64,000 bases of DNA from Alphaproteobacteria bacterium (GTDB lineage Bacteria > Pseudomonadota > Alphaproteobacteria > JANSWW01). Every line of letters starts with the position of its first letter. Within the stretch, counting starts at the first letter, position 1. Positions 8,634 to 16,706 of this stretch are shown here, piece by piece. The DNA lies in the NCBI GenBank assembly GCA_024743275.1, contig JANSWW010000001.1, forward strand, positions 414,300 to 478,299, written 5' to 3'. A program made the position numbers and the translations under genes. Under the pieces are notes generated by a model. It had not been told where the DNA came from. It did no database searches and saw only the letters and a list, made by a program, of their open reading frames with translations.

Positions 8634-9602
8634 TCAGCCGGCCGCCTGGCTCGCCCTTTTTTTCTGGAAACTGTTGATCGCCGACCCGATCTCGGCCGCC
8701 AGCGCTTCTTCCCCTTTTTCGGGGTTGAACGCGGCGGGAACCGCATAGCCGAGCTCGTTCAAGAGGTTGATCGCCTTGGCGTTGGGCCAGTCCCCTTCCC
8801 GGGAAATCGTCTCGTGAATCTCGGCCGCGACCTTGCGCAGGGCGACGCTGACCGGCTTGGACGTTTCGAAGGGCGTGCCCACGACCCGGGCCGCGATATC
8901 GTCGCAGGTCAGGATCAGCCGCTTGAGCATCCCACGAAGCTGGGGCTCCTCGACCTCGCCGCGGAGCGCCGGAACCACCTGGCGCGCGAGGAATCCGATC
9001 TGGAATCCGTTGCGGCGCAACCGCTCGTCATTGATCTGCCCTCGGGTCGCCTGGATCGCCTTCTTCAGCGCCTGTTCATCGACCGGGCGGCCCTTGACCT
9101 TGTCGCCCAAAGTGTTCGGAACCTCGAAGCGCGGGATCGGGTTGGCCTCGTCGGCCCGGCTGCCCTTGCGCCGGTCCGGACCGATGTATTCGGAGGTGAC
9201 GACGAAGGGCTTGCGGCGTTCGGCCATCATTTTCACCTTGGCCAGCAAGGTTGCCGGGGCGGCCGGCTTGACCAGCACGTCGTCGACGCCGGAGTCGACC
9301 ATCGCCTTCAAGAAATGGGCGTCATGCTCGAAGATCATCACGATGATCGGGATATAGGGATTGTCGCCGATCTTCCCGGAGCGCACCTCGCGCACAAGCT
9401 TTCCGGCCGGCGAGCCGAGGAACTTGATATCCGCGATCACCAGATCGGGCAGCGTCTCGCCCAGGGCGTCCGGCATGTTGTCCGGTGAGACAACCGTCCG
9501 AAAACCGCCATAGCCCGCGTCCCGCAGAGTATCGCGCATGGCCTGTCCGATCGATCCATCGGCCTCGCCGAATACGATGTGGAGCCCCTTTTCCACAGCC
9601 AT
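8634..9602 (-). CDS. Response regulator: receiver domain plus a helical C-terminal region
   Basis: PDLVIAD, GVDDVLVKP, then FVVTSEYIGPDRRK as seen in alphaproteobacterial CheY-like regulators. Confidence 0.8.
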   Translation of the reverse strand: MAVEKGLHIVFGEADGSIGQAMRDTLRDAGYGGFRTVVSPDNMPDALGETLPDLVIADIKFLGSPAGKLVREVRSGKIGDNPYIPIIVMIFEHDAHFLKAMVDSGVDDVLVKPAAPATLLAKVKMMAERRKPFVVTSEYIGPDRRKGSRADEANPIPRFEVPNTLGDKVKGRPVDEQALKKAIQATRGQINDERLRRNGFQIGFLARQVVPALRGEVEEPQLRGMLKRLILTCDDIAARVVGTPFETSKPVSVALRKVAAEIHETISREGDWPNAKAINLLNELGYAVPAAFNPEKGEEALAAEIGSAINSFQKKRASQAAG

Positions 9603-9675
9603 TTACTAGTCCCAAAAAAATGTGAGCCGGTTCCTACGACACCGACGGCGCAGGCGTTACGATGCCCCGATACCT

Positions 9676-9734
9676 TTAACCAACTATTAATCTCGGTGAA
9701 GGAAGTGGCATTTTCTAGAATTAGGATTAACCAT
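9676..9734. promoter_or_regulatory. CtrA-type binding site (TTAA-N7-TTAA) plus a TTAACCAT half-site, upstream of the response regulator
   Basis: ttaa-ccaacta-ttaa at 9676-9690; ttaaccat at 9727-9734. Confidence 0.6.
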
Positions 9735-9911
9735 CCCTCTGCATCGGCGAAAACGCGGACGCCTTCGCGCCGACGAAGATCTCTTGATTACAGTTTTCTA
9801 TCAACCATTCTTAAATCCATTTAGCAAAACGAGGAGCCATCTTATGGATTCCAATACCATATCGCCACTCGAACCGAAACCGGTCTAGGCATATCGGTTT
9901 TAGATTATGTC

Positions 9912-9945
9912 AAAAAAACCCCGATGGCGCGATATCCATCGGGGT
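9912..9945 (-). terminator. Intrinsic terminator of the GcvT-family gene
   Basis: On the minus strand: ACCCCGATGG-8 nt loop-CCATCGGGGT followed by a T run, about 55 nt after the stop codon. Confidence 0.85.
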
Positions 9946-9998
9946 CTTCCTTGCAATGCATACAGGGGAGCCCTTGCGGCGTCGCCCGCTGAGCATTT

Positions 9999-12428
9999 CT
10001 ACATACGCATGCGTTCGCCCGCACCGTCGAAGGGGGGCTCCGGCAGCCAGGAAGCCGCCCGGCGCACGCCAAGCACCTCGATCTCGAAGCGGCCGTTGGC
10101 GCCATCGGTCAACTCGGCCGGCACATAGCCCAAGGCGAGCGACTTGCCGACATGGTGGGCATAGGCCCCGGAGGTCACATAGCCGACAACCGCATCGTCA
10201 TGCCAGATCGGCTCGTTGCCGATGACATCGGCGTCCTCTGCGTCGACATCGAAGAGAATGAGACGCTTGTCCGGTCCCTCCTCCTTTTCCTTGAGCGCCG
10301 CGTCCCGCCCGACGAACTGGTTCTTGGTCAGGTCGACAAAGCGGCCGAGACCCGCCGCGAACGGTCCGTAGATCGGTCGGTATTCCGTCGCCCAGGACCC
10401 GAACGACTTTTCCAGGCTGAGGGATTTCAGGGCCCGCATCCCGACATTGCGCATCCCGAGGGGCTTTCCGGCCTCCCACAGCATGTCGAAGAGCTGCGCG
10501 TGATACTCCGGGGCCACCCAGATCTCATAGCCAAGATCGCCGGTGAAGGTGACCCGCCCGACCAGGGCCGGAATCATCCCCAGTTCCATCCGGCGGAAGT
10601 CCATGAACCTGAACGCGTCCTTGCCGACATCCGCGTCGGTGATGGCCGCCAGCACCTCGCGCGCCTTCGGTCCGGCGATCGATAGGCCGAGCAGGCCCAG
10701 GCCTTTCGCCTCGACCGTGACACCGCTTTCCGGCAACCGGGCGCGGAAATAGCGCATGTGGTAGTTTTCGCCCGGACCCGAGCCGAAGATCCAGAACTCC
10801 TCGGCGGCCCGCTTCGCCACCGTGAAATCGCCGATGATCTTGCCGAACTCGTTCAGCATCGGCGACAGGGTCATGCGGCCGGTACGGGGCATCTTGTTGG
10901 CGAGAAGACCGCTGAGCCAGCCCTCGGCATCAGGCCCGGTCACCCGGTATTTGGCGAACCCGGAGCTGTCGAGCAGGCCCACCGCCTCACGCACTGCGGC
11001 GCATTCCCGCGCCACGGGGGCGAAGGAGTTGGAGCGCTTGAAGCTAACGATGTCGACCGGCTCCTCGCCCGGATCGGCGAACCAAAGCGGATATTCAAGG
11101 CCGTAGGCCGCGCCGAAAACCGCCCCCATGGCCTTCTGACGGTCGTAGATCGGCGTCGAGCGCAAGGGTCGCGCCGCCGGTAGCTCCTCGTTGGGATAGC
11201 GGATCTGGAAGCGCCGGGAGTAGTTCTCGCGCACCTTGGCGTTGGTATATTTGACGGTGGCGAACTCCCCGAAGCGGGCGACGTCCATGCCCCAGACATC
11301 GAAGCCCGGATCGCCGTTCACCATCCAGTTCGAAAGGGCAAGGCCGACGCCGCCCCCCTGGCTGAAGCCGGCCATAACGCCGCAGGCGCACCAGTAATTG
11401 GTCAGCCCCTGGACCGGACCGACCAGGGGATTGCCATCGGGCGCGAAGGTGAACGGGCCGTTGATGATCTGCTTGATCCCCGCGTTCTGGAAGGCCGGGA
11501 AGTGCTCGAACCCGACCTCCAGCGAGGGGGCGATGCGGTCGAGATCGGGCTGCAGCAGCTCGTGACCGAAATCCCAAGGGGTGTCCTTGGGCTGCCAGGG
11601 CACGCAGGCCTTCTCATAGGTGCCCATCAGCATGCCGCCCCGCTCCTGCCGGAGATAGAGCTCGGCCTCGAAATCGATCGCATGGATCACTTCCTGGCCG
11701 GTCTCGTCGTTAACCGCCTTCACCTCCGGCATGTCCTCGGTCAGGAGATACATGTGCTCCATGGCGAGCACCGGCAGTTCCAACCCGACCATGCGGCCGA
11801 CTTCGCGGGCCCAGAGCCCGCCGGCGTTGACCACATGCTCGGCCTGGATCGTCCCCTCTTCGGTGACGACATTCCAGGTCGCGTCCGCGTTCTGGGTGAG
11901 CTCGACCACACGGTTGCGCAGGTAGATCTCCGCGCCGTTGATCCGCGCGGCCTTGGCGTAGGCGTGGGTCGTTCCGCTGGGATCCAGATGCCCTTCGACG
12001 GGATCGTAGAGCGCGCCGACGAAATGCTTCGGGTCGAGAAGCGGCATCAACTTATGCGCCTCCTCGGCCGTGATCAGTTCGGTCTCCATGCCGAGAACCC
12101 GACCGGTCGCGTGCTGCATCTTCAGGAAGTCCATGCGCTCCCGCGTGCCGGCCAGCGCCACCCCGCCGGTCAGATGCAGGCCGCAGGATTGGCCGGTGAT
12201 CTCTTCCAATTCCTTGTAGAGGGAAATCGTATAGGACTGCAGCGCCGCCACATTGGGGTCGCCGTTCAGCGTATGAAAGCCGCCGGCGGCGTGCCATGTC
12301 GAACCGGAGGTCAGCTCCGAACGTTCGATCAGGACGGCATCCGTCCAGCCCAGTTTGGTCAAGTGATAAAGGACACTGCACCCGACAACGCCGCCGCCGA
12401 TCACCACGACGCGAGCATGCGTTTTCAT
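9999..12428 (-). CDS. GcvT-family FAD-dependent oxidoreductase (dimethylglycine/sarcosine dehydrogenase-like)
   Basis: GGGVVG FAD motif, LTSGSTWHAAG, NGPFTFAPDGNP, folate-binding domain TGDLGYEI, C-terminal GYVTSG; start at MKTHAR. Confidence 0.92.
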   Translation of the reverse strand: MKTHARVVVIGGGVVGCSVLYHLTKLGWTDAVLIERSELTSGSTWHAAGGFHTLNGDPNVAALQSYTISLYKELEEITGQSCGLHLTGGVALAGTRERMDFLKMQHATGRVLGMETELITAEEAHKLMPLLDPKHFVGALYDPVEGHLDPSGTTHAYAKAARINGAEIYLRNRVVELTQNADATWNVVTEEGTIQAEHVVNAGGLWAREVGRMVGLELPVLAMEHMYLLTEDMPEVKAVNDETGQEVIHAIDFEAELYLRQERGGMLMGTYEKACVPWQPKDTPWDFGHELLQPDLDRIAPSLEVGFEHFPAFQNAGIKQIINGPFTFAPDGNPLVGPVQGLTNYWCACGVMAGFSQGGGVGLALSNWMVNGDPGFDVWGMDVARFGEFATVKYTNAKVRENYSRRFQIRYPNEELPAARPLRSTPIYDRQKAMGAVFGAAYGLEYPLWFADPGEEPVDIVSFKRSNSFAPVARECAAVREAVGLLDSSGFAKYRVTGPDAEGWLSGLLANKMPRTGRMTLSPMLNEFGKIIGDFTVAKRAAEEFWIFGSGPGENYHMRYFRARLPESGVTVEAKGLGLLGLSIAGPKAREVLAAITDADVGKDAFRFMDFRRMELGMIPALVGRVTFTGDLGYEIWVAPEYHAQLFDMLWEAGKPLGMRNVGMRALKSLSLEKSFGSWATEYRPIYGPFAAGLGRFVDLTKNQFVGRDAALKEKEEGPDKRLILFDVDAEDADVIGNEPIWHDDAVVGYVTSGAYAHHVGKSLALGYVPAELTDGANGRFEIEVLGVRRAASWLPEPPFDGAGERMRM

Positions 12429-12635
12429 GATTTTCTCCCCTCGATCGGGCCTCTCGAAGGCCCACCTTCCGGATGTGCGATCCCGCACGTACACCCTGGG
12501 ACGTTAGGCGAACCGCCCCCAATTCCTTGTTGATAGACGACAATTGGTGACGGGATCAGGGCTTTTGCCGGCAAATTCCGTATGGTCGACGGCAGAACGG
12601 AAAAAACGCGCTCCGGAGGAACGAAACCACCTTGT

Positions 12636-12682
12636 GTTAACCTTCTCTTAGGCACACTAGGTTAGTTTCACGCATTGTTAAC
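12636..12682. promoter_or_regulatory. Two near-consensus CtrA-type sites upstream of cheZ
   Basis: gttaa-ccttctc-ttag at 12636-12651 and ttca-cgcattg-ttaac at 12667-12682, each one mismatch from TTAA-N7-TTAAC. Confidence 0.45.
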
Positions 12683-12787
12683 GAGCAAGGGATCGCAAAC
12701 TGTAGTAGGCGGTCGAAGCTCGACGAACAGAGTGGCCCGGACGGGACGGGCCTTTGGGGTTTTGAAGCGGATCTAAGGGGAAAAACC

Positions 12788-13621
12788 GTGTCGCAGAATA
12801 CCAATCGGCGCCTTTTCACCATCGAAAAACGGGCTCTCGGCCTGCCGGTCGGCGGACCCAGCCTGGCGGAGGGCATGCTGAGCCGGATCGAGGACAGTCT
12901 GGCCCGCATCGAAGCCCAGATGGAATCGATGGACGAGCGGATCGCCGTGACCGTGAGCGAGGCGGCCGCCACCCAAGCGCCGGTCGCAGCGGAAGGCGGC
13001 GCCCGCTCCTCGGCATCCGATGGCGAGATCACCGAAGCCGACGCGATGATGATCCTCGGCATCGATCAGGATCTCCTTGAGACGGCCCAGGCTCTGCGCG
13101 ACGTCGACGATCAGGTGCGGAGCGAAGTCGCCGCCATGGTGCGAATTGTCGGACAGGTCCGCCAGGAAATCGCCAGCATCGCGCCGCAGGAGGAGAAGGA
13201 TCAGGTCGCGGACGCGACCAAGGAACTGGATGCGGTCGTGCAGGCGACCGAAGAAGCGACACATCGCATTCTGGCCGCGGTCGAGAACGCCGAGGGATTC
13301 TTGAAGGAACTCGAAGGCCGATTGGAGGACGAGGCGGACCGGGCTCTGGTCGACCGGGTCGGTCAGGAGATGGTCGAAATCCTCGAAGCCTCGACCTTCC
13401 AGGATCTGACCGGCCAACGCATCCGCAAGGTCGTCGGCACCCTCGACCGGGTGCGCGTGCGGGTTGTCAACCTGGTGAACATTCTGGGACCTGAGTCGTT
13501 GCTCGGCCTGGAAACGGATGGACTCGAGCACGAAGACGACGACGAGGCGGGGCTGCTGGAAGGCCCGCAGATGGACGGGGCCGGCCTTTCCCAGGAGGAT
13601 ATCGACAAGCTCTTCGACTAG
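12788..13621 (+). CDS. cheZ: Chemotaxis phosphatase CheZ family protein (alphaproteobacterial type)
   Basis: ELDAVVQATEEAT, FQDLTGQRIRKV (catalytic DxxxQ), C-terminal SQEDIDKLFD; GTG start uncertain. Confidence 0.85.
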   Translation: MSQNTNRRLFTIEKRALGLPVGGPSLAEGMLSRIEDSLARIEAQMESMDERIAVTVSEAAATQAPVAAEGGARSSASDGEITEADAMMILGIDQDLLETAQALRDVDDQVRSEVAAMVRIVGQVRQEIASIAPQEEKDQVADATKELDAVVQATEEATHRILAAVENAEGFLKELEGRLEDEADRALVDRVGQEMVEILEASTFQDLTGQRIRKVVGTLDRVRVRVVNLVNILGPESLLGLETDGLEHEDDDEAGLLEGPQMDGAGLSQEDIDKLFD

Positions 13622-13710
13622 CATCGTCGATCGGCTTTTTTCTGCGAATTGAAGAAACAGCATCGCGGCCCGGCGCCCAGCCCCGCCGCACGATGCGGCT
13701 AAGGTTGTAA

Positions 13711-15888
13711 GTGAGAGATTCGAAGGCGTATCCACGCCCCAGCCTCGAGAATACACCCCGCCGACGGTCCAACTCTCCCTCCGACCTTCCGGCCTCAACC
13801 CGGGAGTCCTCGGATTCCCGGGCTCCCGACCAGAGCCCGCCCCTCACCCGCCGCTCCCTCAGCGTTCAGCAGGCCATTCGCGCGATCGGGGTCGCGTTCA
13901 CCGTCGGCCTGATCATCGGCTTGTTCGACGCCTACACCCAGGTCGAACAACAAAGAAAGACCTTCGCGCAAACGGTTCAGAACATCGTCTCGCTGTCCCG
14001 GGTCGGCGCCAGTGACGCGATCTCCAAGCTCGACGTGAAGCTTGCGGAACAAGTCTCCGACGAGATTATCGCGCTCGAACCGGTCGTCCTGGTCGAGATC
14101 CTGTTCCCCAACGGCGATGTCTACGTCGCCCGGTCCAAATCCCCGCCCGAAGCCGGATCCTTGGCCAACCGTCTTGGCGAGAGCGTGTTTTCCGCGTCGG
14201 CGAGCGGGCGGGTGACACTGTTCGACACATGGAACAGCGGCGGCAGCGACGGGCCGGCCGCGGTCGGTGAATTGCATATCGAGCTCGATCGCGTCATGGC
14301 CGGGTCGCAATTGTTGACCATGCTTTTCATCCGCATTGCCGAGGGAGTCCTGCAGGCCGTGGTGATCGGCCTTATCCTCGCTTTGCTATTCCACCGCTTC
14401 CTGAGCCGGCCGCTCCGGGAACTCGGCCAAGAGATCGATCGCATCGACCTCAATGCCCCGGACGCGGACCCGATCGCGGTGCCGGCGGGCCATGAGGAGG
14501 ACGAGATCGGCACCCTTGCGAACCGGATCAACCGGATGATGTCGAAGATCAGCGAGGGACAGCGGGCGTTGCGGCGGCTATCGACCCGGGATGACCTCAC
14601 GAACCTGCCAAACCGCCTGCTGATCCATGAAATGCTGGAACAGGCACTCGCTCGAGCCGACGCCCACAACGGCGTTGTCGCGGTCCTGTTCCTGGACCTG
14701 GACCGCTTCAAGCAGGTGAACGACACGCTTGGCTATGACAGCGGGGACCAACTCCTCCGGGCGGTTGGCAAGCGGATCCAATCTTGTCTGCGCGGCGACG
14801 AGACCTTGGGACGACTGAGCGGGGACGAATTCCTGATCATCGTCGAAAACCTCGACGGCTTCGAACAGGCCGCCAGCGTGAGTCGCCGGTTGGAAAGGAC
14901 GCTGGCCAGCAGTTTCAGGATCGACGGGCACAGTCTGCATGTCACCGCATCGATCGGCATTTCCCTGTTCCCGACCGACAGCATCACCCCGAAGGAACTG
15001 CTGAACCAGGCCGATGTCGCGATGTACAACGCGAAGGCCCAGGGCGGCGGCTTCCAGTTCTTCTCAAACGAGATGAGCGAACGCGCTCAGGTCCGGCTCA
15101 AGATCGAGACCAGCCTGCGGCTTGCGCTGGAACGGCAGGAATTCGAACTCTTCTATCAGCCCAAAATCAGTCTCGACACCGGCGACCTGAAGGGCTGCGA
15201 GGCGTTGATCCGCTGGCGCCATGAGGGCGAGTTCATCTCCCCCGACCGCTTCATCCCGATCGCCGAGCAGACCGCGCTGATCCTGCCGATCGGCGAATGG
15301 GTCCTGTCCGAGGCCTGCCGGGTGATCGCCAAATGGGACCGGGAGGGCTACAGCGTCCCGATGTCGGTCAATGTCTCGGCCCGCCAGATCGTCCCGGGCT
15401 CCTTCGTTCAATATGTCCGGGCCTGTATCGACGCCCACGGCATCAGGCCTGAACTCCTCGAACTGGAGATCACGGAAACCGCCGTTATCCAGCGCCTCGA
15501 GGAATTCCGGGACATCATCGCGGAATTGCGGCTGATGGGAATCGGCATCGCCATCGACGATTTCGGCACCGGCTATTCGAGCCTCGCCTATGTCCGGGAT
15601 ATCGATGCCACAACCCTCAAGATCGACCGGCATTTCATCAAAGACCTGCCGGAGGACGGCACCCTGGTCTCGGTGATCCTCAATCTCGCCCGGGAGCTCA
15701 GGATCGACGTCGTCGCCGAGGGCGTCGAGAACCAGGAGCAGGTGGACTGGCTGAAACGGCACGGTTGCGCCATGGCCCAGGGTCACCTGTTCAACCGCGC
15801 CGTGACCGAGCATCAATTCCAGCGCCAGTATCTCTCGTCCGCCCAGGAGGATGTTCCGGCGTCCCGGTCCTTCGGCGAAGCGCCTTAA
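13711..15888 (+). CDS. Membrane-bound HAMP-GGDEF-EAL c-di-GMP signalling protein
   Basis: Two TM helices around a periplasmic domain, HAMP (DEIGTLA), DLDRFKQVND..SGDEF, EALIRW, DDFGTGYSS; start uncertain. Confidence 0.93.
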   Translation: MRDSKAYPRPSLENTPRRRSNSPSDLPASTRESSDSRAPDQSPPLTRRSLSVQQAIRAIGVAFTVGLIIGLFDAYTQVEQQRKTFAQTVQNIVSLSRVGASDAISKLDVKLAEQVSDEIIALEPVVLVEILFPNGDVYVARSKSPPEAGSLANRLGESVFSASASGRVTLFDTWNSGGSDGPAAVGELHIELDRVMAGSQLLTMLFIRIAEGVLQAVVIGLILALLFHRFLSRPLRELGQEIDRIDLNAPDADPIAVPAGHEEDEIGTLANRINRMMSKISEGQRALRRLSTRDDLTNLPNRLLIHEMLEQALARADAHNGVVAVLFLDLDRFKQVNDTLGYDSGDQLLRAVGKRIQSCLRGDETLGRLSGDEFLIIVENLDGFEQAASVSRRLERTLASSFRIDGHSLHVTASIGISLFPTDSITPKELLNQADVAMYNAKAQGGGFQFFSNEMSERAQVRLKIETSLRLALERQEFELFYQPKISLDTGDLKGCEALIRWRHEGEFISPDRFIPIAEQTALILPIGEWVLSEACRVIAKWDREGYSVPMSVNVSARQIVPGSFVQYVRACIDAHGIRPELLELEITETAVIQRLEEFRDIIAELRLMGIGIAIDDFGTGYSSLAYVRDIDATTLKIDRHFIKDLPEDGTLVSVILNLARELRIDVVAEGVENQEQVDWLKRHGCAMAQGHLFNRAVTEHQFQRQYLSSAQEDVPASRSFGEAP

Positions 15889-15892
15889 GGCG

Positions 15893-16612
15893 ATGATGGA
15901 CAGTTTCAAAAACACCGGCGACGACCCCGCTTCCATCGCCGCCGTCTTCGGCGCCTCAGGCACCATCGGAACGGCGTTCGTCACCGCCCTCGCGGACTCG
16001 GGTGCCTTCGACCGGGTGATCGGTTTCTCCCGCTCGTCGACACCACGTGTGGATCTTCTGGACGAGGCCAGCATCGCCGGCGCCGCGACGGCTTTGGCGG
16101 AGGCGGGCACCCCGCGCCTCATCATCGACGCCACCGGCTTTCTCCACGGGGACGGGTTCATGCCCGAAAAGAGCTGGCGCGACCTGTCGGCGGATCACAT
16201 GGCCCACGCCTTCGCCGTCAACGCCATTGGGCCGGCACTGCTGATGAAGCATCTGCTGCCGCTGCTGCCGCGTCAGGGCAAATCCGCCTTCGTCACCCTC
16301 AGCGCGAAGGTCGGCGGGATCGCCGATAACCGGTTCGGAGGCTGGTACAGTTATCGCGCCTCCAAGGCCGCGCTCAATCAGATGGTGAAGACCGCATCCA
16401 TCGAACTGGCCCGCAAGCGGCCCGAGGCCCTCTGCCTCGCCCTCCATCCCGGCACCACCGAAAGCCCGCTGTCCGATCCCTTCGCCAAGCAGGGCCTGAC
16501 CGTCCGGTCGCCGGCCGAGGCCGCTGCCCTGATGCTCGATGTCATCGATCGGAAAACGGCGGCGGACAGTGGCGGCTTCTTCGACTATTCCGGCGCCGCC
16601 CTGCCCTGGTAG
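15893..16612 (+). CDS. Short-chain dehydrogenase, CsgA/C-factor-like
   Basis: GASGTIG, PEKS, SAKVGGIADN..GGWYSYRASKAALN, LHPGT. Confidence 0.88.
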   Translation: MMDSFKNTGDDPASIAAVFGASGTIGTAFVTALADSGAFDRVIGFSRSSTPRVDLLDEASIAGAATALAEAGTPRLIIDATGFLHGDGFMPEKSWRDLSADHMAHAFAVNAIGPALLMKHLLPLLPRQGKSAFVTLSAKVGGIADNRFGGWYSYRASKAALNQMVKTASIELARKRPEALCLALHPGTTESPLSDPFAKQGLTVRSPAEAAALMLDVIDRKTAADSGGFFDYSGAALPW

Positions 16613-16706
16613 CAGCCTCCGGCTTCGCCTCACCCGGTTCGATCACCGGCGGAAAGCGAAAGAGGCGCCGAGGCGTTTGACCGCCGCGACGCCTCCGTCT
16701 CTCCCC

